From the NCBI GenBank assembly GCA_013115145.1, contig JAAPAO010000002.1, forward strand, positions 62,001 to 126,000: a stretch of 64,000 bases of DNA, in the 5' to 3' direction. The number at the start of each line of letters is the position of its first letter. Positions within the stretch are counted from its first letter, which is position 1. Positions 12,702 through 26,100 of the stretch are shown here, in pieces. The notes under the pieces are model-generated. The model did not search any database. It had not been told where the DNA came from and saw nothing but the letters and a program-made list of their open reading frames with translations. This DNA is from Perkinsus chesapeaki ATCC PRA-425 (Eukaryota; Protista; Perkinsozoa). Both the position numbers and the translations under genes were made by a program.

Positions 12702-13661
12702 TCAGCACTCATCTCGGACTTCATGAGGCCACTTAGCATTTCGTAAGCCTTCCACGGAGCCAAACATAAGACCAACATAAGGCACGACTTTACAGAGTTC
12801 AGGAACTATGCCTCTATAAAGCCCCTTCACGCCGTCTGTTCCTATGATATGCTTGAAACAATGCCATGCAGTGGCAAAGCGCTTAGGTCGACCGTGAAGA
12901 CCGTCCATTTGCATCTGGCGCCGAACCAAGTCGATCGGAAAACAGAGGGAGCTGGATGTGAAGCCGCTTAGACAGCCGCTCGATATTGCCAGTATAGGCG
13001 GAAGGTCGTCTTCACCTGTGTATTGCTTGTACAAGCTCTTGACCGTGCCGAAGACCTGATCACAAAAATGCCTACTAGGAGATTCTCACTGAACTACCTC
13101 GAAATTGATTGCGAAGGTTGGCATGACGTAGCACAGAGTGGGCACTATACCTCGGTAAAACGCCCGGAAGCCTTCCTCTTTGTTAATTAGCACGAGACAA
13201 TGACCAATGCCTTTGTAGTGGGCCGTTTTAGTTTGAGTGGCCAGTCGAGCCTTCACGACATCCAGAGGGTAGCACGTTATGCAAGCACATGCCCCTGCGG
13301 AGGCTCCGGCGGCCAAGTCGGCGAATCTCCAGTTCAGCGGGAAGAAACTCTTTACCCGATCCTGGACCAAAAAAGTGATACCGGCGTAGGGAAACCTATG
13401 CAGGCAACTGGCACCATTCCCCTTCCACATAGAGAAGAAGCCTTCCTCAGTTATCATCTTAGCAACGGACTCTAAGAGCCGCGTGTTGTTGGGTGATCCT
13501 TGAATGTAAAACTTATGTGGCCGCATCGACTGTACTTGCATCAAGATTGTTGTCCGACTGAGGGGGGCAGTGCAGGACTTGGCAATACATGCACCCAGAC
13601 CTCCCGAAAGAAAGGACTTCGTTGCTTTCCACGTTTCATCATCAATTGGGAGGGTCGTCAT
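12702..13661 (-). CDS. Mitochondrial carrier family (SLC25) protein; two exons
   Basis: Three Px(D/E)xx(K/R) signature repeats (APLSRTTI [degenerate], YPLDVVKARL, FPIDLVRRQM) plus GFRAFYRG and GLYRG motifs. One intron at about 13050-13096. Confidence 0.92.
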
Positions 13662-14167
13662 ACTCTTCGAATTCGAAGTGCGGGTTCAGTCACACCTTGC
13701 TTTATCGATCACCATGGCGCTCGCGATTGCTCAGCGCGGTTTGCAAGGTGTAGGCCTCGTTCTTGCCTTTCTTGCGTTGCGGTCCTCGTCTCGGGTCTTT
13801 TGCATTAGGCCCCGGTGTTATTTCGAATCGGGTTCCTTTTGTGTGATGGTTCTGAGCTCTCGCGTTAAGTTCCCACACACGGCCTGTCTTCTGGTGTTTA
13901 TTTCGCGTGTCGATTAATTACCCAAGAGAAGACGAAATACAATATACGACTTGTAAACCGTTTCCTGTTCCGGTTCTGCCTCCTTGGCATATCTACTAGA
14001 GACGCTCCCTCTACCGCGGCTCATTGGTAGGGAGAACCCGTATCACTCGACATGCCGGGTGGCGAGCGTTTCATATTAGTCCCCTCGTTTATACTCCGCG
14101 ATTGGTTGGTTGCAATCAACAGAAGGAACCCCAATTCACTGTATGGTAACAGTGCATCGATTTATTA

Positions 14168-17100
14168 ATGTCCACCGGGAGCCCCCCAGTGAGCACCTGT
14201 TGCAGCGCAACCGATGTTGCAAAGTCATCACATCCGTTGGACCCTGTGGTAGCTCCATCAGCTCATCCCGAGTGGGGCTCTAATATAACCACTCGATGGA
14301 ATGAAGAAGGTGGCATGTATTGGATTGAAGAGGAGATGAAGTCCAAGTTATCGCTTGTACCACTCACTGACCAGGTAGGGTATCTGCTTGCCTGCGTATA
14401 GCGCAGTTGCCAGGCCGCATTGGAAACGATTGCTCTCTTGGGGCGTCGTTTACTCGAAATGGATGTACATCAGCTTGAGCGGGCTGTGTATCGTCTGGGC
14501 ACAGACAGGTGCCGAGAGTTCCTTGCAATCACTGAGAAAAAGATCCAGGAAAATGTACCGTTTGTTCATATGCACGTGTCTTCCCATCTATCCTTCAGGC
14601 GCCAGAAGACGCGCTCTTTCTCTACACACAGGACGGCAGCAACCGCGCTCGAACCCCAGGTGGAGTATTCTGGAAGATCATTAAAACAAGCAAGGGCGTC
14701 AATCCAGAGGACAAGAGGTGACCTGTCAGTGGAAGTAGGAGACACTTCGCCCACTTTTCGTCAGTTTCATCTATCGAGGCAACACTACGAGGCAGAATAA
14801 GATTCGCAGAGACAAAGCGGTAGGCTGAAACCATGTGTCCCATTGGTCCTACTGTTGGAGCTTCAGCGTATCGATCTCATATTCACCAATCTAAACAGCT
14901 TCGCACCAACCGATCCAAGAGTTCGGGCGGTAGGTCACCGAGATGGTTGGAATCCGTATCTTGCGCTATTAGATACGCGACATCGTAGCCAGCCTCGGCA
15001 TGACCGAGACCACAATTGCAGAGCGACTGATCGAGAAAAAAGTAGATGAGCTTATGCGCCTCATGTGGTGCATCTGAGTATCCCTAGGGCGTCGACTTCG
15101 CCCGCGCCTTACTAGCCCAGAGCCTGGAGCTCTACTCTGACGCCTCCAAGGATCCGTCCCAAGTCGGAGAGAACATCTTGAGAAAGAAGGCCAGTGTAGA
15201 GATTGGTGACGCTGAGGATGTGCAAGTGAAGCGTAGGCATTCAGACCTTATCCTTCTTTGTGATTCGCGCAATCCAGGTACTCCGGGCGGCGTATTCGCC
15301 CAGCTAATTAAAGCCGATGAAAAGTAAGCATTCACATTACTTTTTACCAGGCGTTGGTTCTCCTCAGTATCAGTATTGAGGATAAGAGCTACATATTCGC
15401 TTTGTCCCGTGGAGGCAAGACCGTTACCAACCGACATCGCAGAGGCAGAGGCAGACCGGCCATGTTTACTAAGCAGTATCAGGACGCCTCGTGGAAGGCC
15501 TGTGGTGGAGTGGGCACACCTGGAAGGTCGGTGCTCCAACGATCTTTATTCGATCACCATGACTTTGCAGGTTTATTGGTGACATGGACTATCAGCAGCG
15601 CGGCGATGCCTTACCGGCCAGTATTCCTCCTCCGGAAGGAAATATGGCTGGCTTCATGATCCTCCCTGAAGGTGCTTAACGGGGGCTCCAGGATACTCAA
15701 TAATACTTTTGATGGTAGATGCTCCAGAACGAGTGATCGTCCTCGAACTTGCCGCTGGACTGGGAGTGAATATGTCTCTGATCCACGTATTATTCAGCTC
15801 GCTATCGAGGTGCATATTTCATGCTCCTAGGTACATTTCCTTGAACGTCTTGTCGTAAGGAAGGGGGTACCAATCGCGGTGGAGCTCTACGAGGCTACTA
15901 AGGTAATCGTCCTGCTAAGGTGCCACTAGGAGTCTTCTGTATGGCAGAGGATTGAAAAGGAGTGCGGGGGTCGCCTCGGTGGGGTGGTGACAAGGCTGAT
16001 CAAGGAAGATGCCAGGTGCGCCACTTTGCCGGGCGCTAAAGAAAGATTGCATTCGCAGGTTCACGGAGGAAGACGTAGCATTTATATACAACGTTGCACC
16101 GGCACAGGAGGCCAGTGCTGCCGCGCAGTCCAGTCCTATGAGAGAGATCATAAATACAGCCGAAGAATCAGTAAACCGCTCTCACCGCGTTCGCTCGCGG
16201 ATGGATCTCGTAGGCACGCTTCAAACGCTTGTTGGCTGAGATGGAAGTGATGAACCGAATCTGCGTTGGGCTTAAGATCCATGACCAGCTCATGGCGGAG
16301 AGAATGATTCATAGGAAGGGACTCACGTGAGACTCGGGCGATATGACGTCTATTGTGCTTTCTGCGATTTACTACACAGGCGTCCGTCAGGTACACAAGC
16401 GCACTTTACGAAGCTGTGATGAAGATTGAGGATGCCGGGGGTATGTTGAGCGATGACGGTACGAGAAAGAGAACCCCTGCAGCAGTCTTTATTAAGCTTT
16501 TCAAGGAACAGTAATTGTAAGCCATACGGTGGTGTTATTATTTTCTGGTATTAGAGCCACGCCTGAAGAAATAGACTTTGTCCTGTCGGACACCATGTCT
16601 TGGTGGAAGAAGCCATTGGATCTCGGGGCCAATGCCGCGGCTATGGTCAGTGATCATGGTGCGTCTTGTGAGTTTACTCGCCTACCTCACAGTTGGTCTG
16701 TTCAGATGACGACGATCAGTACAACAGTGAAGTGGCCCGCACCTTGGCGGAGGTAGGTTCGAGTAGCTTTCCCCTCTCTGCGCACGCCCTTCACAGGGAA
16801 TCCTGCTTGAGCTGGAGCGTCTGCGTCTGCCTGCATCGGACTGGATTATCGTCGAGCGAGCTGTTGAACGTGTCGGGCCTTCTGTCTGTCGCCGCATGCT
16901 CTCCCGAACTAAACGCTTCTTCGAGCGCGACTTCAGGGTAAGGTGGAAAACACACGGGAACTACCTGCCTGAGCTGCTCTTAGGCTAACGGTGGCTCAAC
17001 TTCCCCGCATATGGAAACTCCTGGGAGAGTTTGGGCTGGCCTTCTGCTTCACAAGGCTGGGTAGTCCTCATCAGGCTTGGTAGCTTGTGGCTCCTATAGT

Positions 17101-18854
17101 CCTTTCCATCTCAGGGTGTCCCGCGAGGACCTCAACTACATATTCGGTGTAGCTACAGTGTCAAGAGCAGCAAAGGATCCAGGCGCTCCATCAAGTGGCG
17201 GACTTGTAGTTCCAGATGTGGTCGAGTGAGCCTCCCCGCTCCCACTGTTTTCATCCATGTCTTTAGGCCCCCGTCCAAGTCACACCAGCAGCTAGCCAAA
17301 GCCCTCACACTTGGGTTGTCCATGCTGACTATCACAGCCAACGATCTCGAGGTCACTGGCAGGGTCGTTGAACGACTTGGTACTGATGTTGCTCGGTAGC
17401 GACCATTCTTGTCGACCCCGGTTATCCAAACCCTTTCTCAGGGATATGCTTTCCACGACACAAAGGATTGAAGAGGACGGCGGAGAGATGTCCCGTGATG
17501 GAACTCGAAGGAAGACTCCATTGAACGTGTTCCTTAGTCTGCTCAAATTCAAGCGGGAACGTTTCGGGTAGCTGTTGGAAGTGTCCGACTATTTTCTGAT
17601 GTTCCGAATGTTGTAGAGTGACAGACGAGGACATTCGTTACATCTTTGAGCACTCCAAGAGGCTTCGTCGAGATACTATCCGGGAGGACATGCACTATGT
17701 AATGCTTGCTTGGATCGATCTCTTCGTTTACTATCATTCTCAGGCCCCTTCATTATTCACGCCGATCCGGCCATTCTCTCAACTCGAAAAATCTGGCCGG
17801 GACAGAGACACGATCGACTTCATAAAGGTGAACTGCGAAACAATGGCTTCGTTGTACTTGGCATTATTTCTCCAGAGCTTTCTGGTTCCTGCCCTGCCGT
17901 GCCTTGAGTACATACCTATCCAGGATCCAAGATTGGACACTGTCATCGCAGGAACGGTGTTCCTCGGCCCCGCCAAGATTAGGTAAGGAAAGATCTCTGG
18001 AAATGGGTAGCTTGCTGATGTGCGCAGTATGGTGGAACGGGCAGTGTATACCTTCGGCTCGGACTGGGTGCACGAGACTTTGCAGAAGATCAACGATGAT
18101 ATGATGGCCGCGGAGGATTCTGACGTGAGCTCTTCGCTTGTTTGAGAAATGACCATGTTATCAGTTTTCCTGCACTAATGCTTTCAAGAAAGAAATCAAG
18201 GGGCACGGTACCATGGCGCAATATGAATTTGTGGTTGCTCAAGCGTGCGAAGCAAATGTGAGAACGCCCTACTGCTTGTAGACGCATTCGATCGCCTGCA
18301 GGTTCCTAAGCCGGACGAGCTATCAGGTTTCAAAAAAGTGGACTTGGCGCCACGAGTGAGTTTTGCCATTCGCTGGTTCAGTTGTTAGTCAATTACGTTT
18401 GCCATTAGCCTATTTCTACGTTCCGTAACTCACACGGCAAGGGCAAGGGTAAGGGAGGAAAAGGCAAGGGGAAGGGGAAAGGCAAGGGCGATGCTGGAAA
18501 AGTGAGGTCGGATAAATCCTGGGTGTCTAAGTGGGTCTTTCCTAGGGATGGGCGCGGGGCCGTTCCAACTGGAAGCACAATTATCAAGAAGAAGATCGCC
18601 CGGCTCCTGTACTGAGCAGGAAACGTGAGAGTCCTGAAAGAATGGATGAAGATGGATTCGTAATCCTTCCGAGGGTCAGTCGATTGCAGCTTCTCGATCA
18701 GGTTACTGTCAAACAACGCCGCGGTGGGCGTAAGTCTCTAGAGGCTGAAGGCGTAGAAATACGACCAGCCTTGACCATCACCAAATACGCTGACCACCTG
18801 GCGTCGGCGGATCAGGCTGAATCAGCGCAGCCGTCTCCGAACACACGGGAATGA
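14168..18854 (+). CDS. Multi-exon protein with at least six tandem PHAX RNA-binding (RNA_GG_bind)-like repeats and a GK-rich tail
   Basis: Repeated signatures RTPGGVFWKIIK (about 14650), KRTPGGVFAQLIK (about 15279), RLGGVVTRLIK (about 15972), RTPAAVFIKLFK (about 16470), ETPGRVWAGLL (about 17014) and KTPLNVFLSLLK (about 17512). Most are preceded by a RAVxxLG-type helix and followed by an (E/D)(E/D)xxFIY-type helix. A single gene is inferred; not every junction was resolved. Confidence 0.7.
18436..18489 (+). repeat. Gly-Lys coding low-complexity repeat (GKGKGKGGKGKGKGKGKG)
   Basis: ggcaagggcaagggtaagggaggaaaaggcaaggggaaggggaaaggcaagggc is read directly from the sequence. Confidence 0.85.
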
Positions 18855-19121
18855 ATAATTGAAGTCGGTCTTTACTATCACGTATTATTTGCATGGTAAC
18901 GAGCAGTGGTGCGATTGCTGGTGATTTTGGACTGTCTGTGTGCCTCAGAGCCCGCAACTAGGTCGGAGACTGGAACGAAGGCATGAGAATAGATTGTGCA
19001 TGTTTCAATAGGGCAACAAGAAACGAAGAGACTTCAATGGCTTCGCGTTGTCAATTTAACGAGGGTGATGGCGCTGTACGGAAGCTGCTCACCAGTTGAT
19101 TGTTTTTCTCACACCACGAGT

Positions 19122-22038
19122 ATGACCAGGTCGTCTAGGGCATCAGATGCCTGGTTTGTGGCTGTTAAGTCTGGCTCAGTGAAGCGAGTTAATGAACTAC
19201 TAGATTCCGGAGAGGCATCGCTTGAAGTAAGTGAGTCTTAAATATGACACCCAGTAGCTCTGGCGTGCTAGGCAGTTGACAATGAAGGGTGGACAGCGAT
19301 TCACCATTGTGCAATGCTGGACTATTCTGAAATGCTGGAGTCTCTTGTTGCAAGGAAGGCAGATGTCAATGTCAGTAACAAAAGCAAGAGTAGGAACTTG
19401 GCCGCAAGGCGCGCCGTGATATTGATACGGAAATTAGGGACACCGCTTCACATTGCAGCCGACTGGGATACAACAGATTGTATGAAAATTTTGGCGAACA
19501 ACGGGGCGAATATATCGAGGAAAGATTCGTGAGAGACCAGATATGTGGGCTCATAGGAATCACTCTTGTCAGGGCTGGGCGGACTCCGCTGCAGTATGCT
19601 TCAGACGACGCGCGAATGATCCTGAAGAAAATCGCGCAGGTGCGCCTGAAAGAACCGCATCACTTCGTCACTAGTGAGTTCGGTACTGTCTTCAGGCGAC
19701 GGCCGAGTCACACTCAATCTTCGAGAGCGTTCTCGAAGACACACATGTTAACGGACAACTTTTCCGCAGCCAGTCTCATGATGGCGACTCTTTGAAGCCA
19801 ACCACTCCGAAGTCCCACTTGGTAACTTAGTGTATTGAATGAGTACCAGAGGCATTCTCCTTTGGCAGGAGCTTCCAAGAGCTGACAAAGCCTCAGCGCT
19901 TCAATTCCATAGCGACAAACCAAGGAAGACATCGGACCCGACTCTAATGGCCTCTACATCATCTACGTATAGCGCTCCCCCATCTAAAAGGAAGTCTAAT
20001 CGTGCTCCTAGAATAGATCGCAAGCAGCATTTGGAGAAGATGTTCCAGGCTTCGAGGGTGGGCCAGCTTGCCTTACATACCTATTGAGCATAATAATGGG
20101 CAGATGGGAGACCTTGACAAGCTCACAGAGCTGATGAAGAAGCAAGAAATTGACTTGAACATCCAGGATAAGGAAGGATGGACTGTCATGCACCATGCTA
20201 GCTTCATGGGCCAAAGCAACATAATACAGTAGGAACCAATTACGCGAGCGTATTAAGCGGAACACGAGTTGATGCCTGTCAGATACCTGCTGGAGAATGG
20301 GTTTGATATAGGAATAAAAAATAAGGTATTGCTCTCTCAAACGGCGCCCGATATGCCCAGTCTGACCTCAGTTCGGTCGCACACCACTACATCTCGCAGC
20401 TGAGTGGGACAATGATGATGTTGTGAAGCTATTGCTCGCTCGTAAGGCCGATATAAACGAGCCTGACAACGACGGTTGCACCCCCTTGGAATGCGTAAGT
20501 TACTCCGAGCCTTGCTTTACCGGGTACGATTTTGGTGATATCTCGCAGGCTGGAGAGGAATGTAGGATACTGATGGAAGATCAGTCATGGTTGAAGAGGG
20601 GCTCTTTGGGCACAGATGATCGGACCGTTGTAGCTACTGACGCGGCTTCACGAAATGGTTATAATGAATGCTACGTGAAATGCTGAGCATCTTTACTCTA
20701 GGATCGGTCGACCCCAACGCTATTATGAACTTCTCGATAGCCGGAGAGATATTAACGGGGAGTGATTGGGAGGTGGGTGTAGAGGAAATAGAGGAAGAGA
20801 AACTGCTGGGATCAGGTGAGGCTTCCTTGATGTCTGCGGCGGTTCTTTCTCTTTTTATTCCATAGGTGTCACTGCTGAGGTCTATAAAGGAACTTGGCGC
20901 GGCACCGATGTTGCCATTAAGAAGGTCAACTGGGCGATGGTGCGTACAGACCAAACGGCTTTTTTCCGAGTGCCGGTAACCACTCTCCGTGTAGGCCTCG
21001 GAATACGAAGCTACGAAGGCCGCGCTCGTCACGGAGCTTAATCTGATGTTGAAGTTGAGGCACCCTGGGATAGTCATGGTTATGGGGGCATGCCTTACCT
21101 CCCGTCCGCTACGACTGGTATGCACACTTCAATTGGCAATTGGCTCTAAATTAAGCACTGCAGATCTGCGAACTTTGCAATGGAGGAGCTTTGGACACCC
21201 TTCTATACAAGCATCCCGAAGTTGACCTGTCACAGAAACAAAAGTGGAAGATGTGCATGGATGTGGCTCAGGCGATGAACTACTTGCACACGTCGAAGCC
21301 CATGATAGTAGTACCTGGGCAAGCTCTCTCCTGCACTACTGGTGATCAGGTTCATAGAGATCTAAAGAGCCTAAATCTTCTTCTAGCAAATCCGGTAGAT
21401 TAGGTTCTTCACGGGAAAGACCAATTTTTTGGCGTAGATTGCCAACAGCTACGACACACCTGTCCTAAAAGTGTCCGACTTTGGTCTTAGCAAGCTGACT
21501 GCTCAGGGAGGAGGATTCATGTCGAACAATGCCGGTAAGGGTGGACCCAGCAAGCTTTCGGTCGAGTGCTCACCTCAAGGCACTTACACCTGGATGGCGC
21601 CGGAGCTGCTCGAGCGACCGGACTTTTACACGGAGAAGGTAGGGAACCCCGTTTACGCCGGAAGGTGTCCTTCCTCCGTAAATATACCTCACATAGGTTG
21701 ATAACTACAGCTACGGTATATGTATGTATGAGATACTAGCCAGAACGATGCCGTTTTCGGAGAAAGGTTCGGATTATAATAACGAAGTGATGTGGATTCA
21801 CTGCCTTCAGGTTACGAGTCTCTATCAATCGCATTACATGTAGCAAAGGGCCTCAGGCCAGATGTGTCCCTCATTCCGGCTGGCACGGCAAGAGCAATAA
21901 TCGAACTTATGGAGAAGGTGGGACACATAACTTTAACGCTGATGCATCCTCATCACTCAGTGCTGGCATGGTGAGCCGCAGGAGAGGCCGAGTTTTACAG
22001 CCATTATACAAGGTCTCCGTGAAGCTGTTCCAGCTTAA
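19122..22038 (+). CDS. Ankyrin-repeat protein kinase, tyrosine-kinase-like (TKL) group; multi-exon
   Basis: ANK repeats (GWTAIHHCA, GTPLHIAADWD, GRTPLQYA; second cluster GWTVMHHAS, GRTPLHLAAEWD, GCTPLEC). Kinase motifs LGSGVTAEVYKGTWRGTDVAIKK, HRDLKSLN, DFGLSK, GTYTWMAPE, GLRPDVS, CW..EPQERPSF. Stop at 22036-22038. Confidence 0.85.
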
Positions 22039-22140
22039 CACTCCCCCCATGTTTGTCAAGTGTCTTACCAACGTAAACTATTCTAGATGTTGCGTTCTTG
22101 TCTGGGAGAAGCAGGCCTGTCAAAGATCATTGGTTAAAAC

Positions 22141-22782
22141 ATGCAATGGTTAACACGCAACGTTTCCGAACAGCCCCGAAGATTTGAAGGCACTCGAGAA
22201 AAACGTGGCATTTTCGTAACTGGCTTGGACCTGGGCGAGGACGATAGAAGGTGGGTACCATACTGTGATACCATATTAGATGTTCCTGCTAAAGGTTTAG
22301 CTTACCGCTCGTTGTCAAGCGGGAGCAGCCGAAGATAAAATCGGTCGACTATATGGAACATATCCTTGCGGTTAGAGACTCGACTTTTCCACCGGCATTC
22401 TCGTGGCTCCTCTCAGAAGCAAGACACAAGCTCTGTCGATGAATTAGAAGAATTGCGGAGACTTATATTTGGGACCAGGAGAAAGCTGGATCGATCTCGG
22501 AGTCAATTAGATGGTAATGCGGTTGATGTTAGCAGACAGACTGAACTCTCCAGCAGGTCTGCGCAAACATGTTCAATCGATGAAGTCTCTCCACAGTTCT
22601 ATTGCACCGAGTATAGTCCCGCAGAGAGTAGAGCAGCAGGGACGTCTTCTCCAACGGTAAATGGGAAAATGGACGCTCAATCTTTTTTATGTATGGCGTC
22701 AGGATCGCGTCGTGTCCTCATATTCAAAGGCACCCGCGGCAATCGCGCGATAGAGCTAGCAGACGGGCATCAAACAGCGTAA
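22141..22782 (+). CDS. Hypothetical protein (two consecutive ORFs, possibly spliced)
   Basis: ORFs 22141-22338 and 22366-22782 have plausible composition (VDELEELRRLIFGTRRKLDRS). No motif recognised. Confidence 0.3.
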
Positions 22783-23148
22783 ATCATGGATTGCAGCAAC
22801 ACCAGGGCATTCGCTAGTGCCGGAAAAGCTATGTGTTGAGTTCCTGTAGTTGAGGAGTTAACAGTAAACCAAGCGCATCCAGTATTCACGGGTTCTACAT
22901 TTTCCGGACTGCCAACGCAATATACTCCTCAGAGCGCTACATTTGATCTCAAGTAATTTATGTTAGTCTACGGCCTGCAATTACAACTAATAAATATAAC
23001 AGTAAACCATTAATGGGACTGACACTATTATACGTATTCGGTAACCGGAGCAGTATTATACCAACACGAGGTTGGATCCTGCTAGCGGAATGATAACTCA
23101 GAAGGTGCCGTAGAACGACAGCATGCATGATAAATGGTGTAACTGGAG

Positions 23149-26100
23149 TTAAAAGACCTCATCGTCGTCGGAAAAGTAGTCCTGATCTAATTCTCCTTCC
23201 GAGTTGATATACCTATCTCGTTGACGGTCGAGGCGGTTCTGGGAATGACATTTCCACGGCAAGATTCAATGGTGTCCAATCTTACCCGATGGTCAATTTT
23301 CTCTAGGGCTTCAACCAAGCCATCTTCGCCAAGCTCATCGTCGTCAGTGATGATTGGCTTGCCAGGAACAGGATGACTAATATGGCCTGACCCGAACCAT
23401 AAATTCACCCCCGCCTACCGCTGGGCTACTACCGATATCCAGACCGAGCTCCCTGTTCCTTTGGCCCTCAAAGAGAGCTTGCTTCTGCCTATGGAGCGTT
23501 TGGCATAAAGTGTAGCTAGTGGGATCAACGCGTTGTTCGAAAGGCTGTGCATAAGTGAAAGGGTCATATTCCCCCGTCATATCATCCATAGACGACATGC
23601 TATCGACGGAGCGTCTCCTCATAGGCTTGCGTTTCGGTTCATCTGGTCTTGGCGTACCTAAGCATGTCCGATTCCAGCAGTAGTGGGCACAGCATGTACC
23701 ACTGACCCCCAATTTTGATATCATTGATATCCCAGCTGACATCTGAGTCACTATCGGACAATGGCTGAGGAATCATGTGTCAGACAGATAGCAACCTAGA
23801 TGAATAGTACCAGATCTCCAGGATCTCCTTCGGCAAGACCGTCCATTAGAAGATCTTGCGACTTGTCAGTGTACTGGTGGTCCTTCATGAACTGTTGGAT
23901 TGCCTTGAACCTTCGCACGCCGTCCTTCTTGAATACGATGTCGTTCGTGCCATCATCCTTTGCTTCCTCTTCGTCATCACTTTGCGCCCTGCTCCTCGAT
24001 CCCGCGACCTTACTCCGAGGGTGACACGGAGACTTAGTCGCCCCTCGGCAATAACGGCGACTGCACTCTTTAGCAGTTTTCGTACCCACTGCTTTAGCCA
24101 CCCGCTTCCAGAACCTGTGAATTCACGAACTGACTGATTTTCCTCATATTATGGATAACAATACACATTCCCACAGAACGCTCCCATTCTCTAGAGCCTC
24201 CCCTTATTACCCAGCTGTGATATGGCCTTCGCTATCAACCGCCTTATATAACATGTCAATCTCCTCCTTGGACCATTCATCTCTGGCAGGCTCTGCTTCG
24301 CACACTAAACTCTCAGTGCTAGAGGTTCGCTTAGGCCGAGCTTTCGCCTTTGCTTTGGATTTGGCCTGCGAATGCCCCATTGTACAATCAGCCACGATCC
24401 CATGTGTCACCTTTGCTTTAGGCTTCTTCTCGGCCACGCTAGCCACAGTCGATTTATCCTCTTCCACGGGCGCAGGCTTATCCAATTTGAGGATCTCTTC
24501 ACCTACTAGTCTCCCAATATCAGTAACGCTAAGAATGTCTTCGTAGGAATGATCGCCATGCACGAACCTTCACAAGGGCTCTTGACTAGGGCTCGGCGAA
24601 GCGGGAGATCTTACACCACGAGTGCAACGTCCTCCGACTTATACTGTCCAATCTCTGCGACACTGCCTTCAATCCACCCCTCCAGGAACTTCCGCTCGAT
24701 CCTCATCCCAACCAAAACCTTGACCTCTACAAGGGCGTCGATTTATACAAAAGACTGCTCAGGACTGTGGATTACCTCCCACTGAGAACGGTTGGAAGTT
24801 TCTGGGTACTTTCAATCGTTTTTTCTTCCGCCCTTTAGTAGCTGGAGGGGCCTAGGGGTGAAAGTCAGCCCACCATCGAGTACCCTCTATTACCTTCTGC
24901 AGCTCAGTGACAGACTCAATAACCTCGAAAGAGTTAATCCACTCGGCAATCGAAGCGTTCGACCTTTTCTCCGGTGGCCGTTCATCCCTCACGAAATCCG
25001 CCCCCTCTATTTCCTTCAGACTCTTGCGTCTAGTCGGACTAGCCGTCACATTCGAGCGTCCCCTATTTGTTTGTATGCTAGGCTGTCGTGGGGCAGTTTC
25101 GCCGTGGCTACCACCGACACTATTGTTTCTGCTAACCGTTCTCGACCCTGGTCGATTGTGCGTTGAGTGCACATGCAACATATATTGGTCGAACGACAGT
25201 TCGGCGCTTTTCTCCGTGCCCGTCGAGCCCCTATGCGGGGCAACAGCAGGAGGCAATACCGAGGTCGCCGAAGGCCTCGGTCGTTTTCTCGCCAGGGAAG
25301 ACCTTCGGGATATGTGACTATCCAGGATGCGCGGTGATGGTAGCTCTTCCAGCCAAGGCGGAATACCACTGTCAGAGCTCCCGTAAGGGCGAGAGAAACT
25401 AACAGGCAAACTAAGAAAGGCCGGCAAAATATGCAGGAGGAGAAGTCGCAGAATATGCCAAATACTTTGCCGTGGCACGCGTGCTGTGGTAACATTGCAC
25501 GCATGCGCACCGACACAATCCCACCTTAAAATGCATTTCCATCTGTCCCATGGCAAGCCGTCCTCGAAAAGTTCCATAACCCGTTGGTGAGGTCGTTCCT
25601 TACTCCCCCGAGAGGCAGCCTCGCAAGCTGACTCGGCCATAGCTTGTACGTAGGGTCCTCGAAGGCGGACCACCGAACCTAAACCAGGCTTCCCCAGAAT
25701 GCTTCTAGAGAATGCCGCTACCCCCTCTTGTGACAACCATCTTCTCCTTGAGTACATGGACAATTTCGCTGGTAGCCCAAATGCAATGGCTTATAGCCTT
25801 CTTGCCGCTAGCATCCCATTCAATTTGCTTTCCTTGGATCACCGGCACCAGTTTCCCCTTCTGGCGAGCGAACACCAGTGCCCAGTTATACTGAGGGGAG
25901 CAGCAATCATCCACTATTAGTCACTTGGTCGCCTACAGCATACCAAAGGGAGCTGCTCCGTATCTGGGCTCATCTTCTGAGCACAAATGGTACACCGTCC
26001 ATGATGAAGAGGCTCGCAATTGGCATGAGACTAAACGAGTTGCGTATGTTCCACAGAACTGCGAGATCAAGCCCCGTCCCGTATTACTGCGTGTCGACAC

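Noticed and set aside
14374-14413. Apparent 27-nt ultra-short intron
   Set aside because: An alternative in-frame acceptor 12 nt downstream gives an ordinary 39-nt intron; cannot be decided without transcripts.
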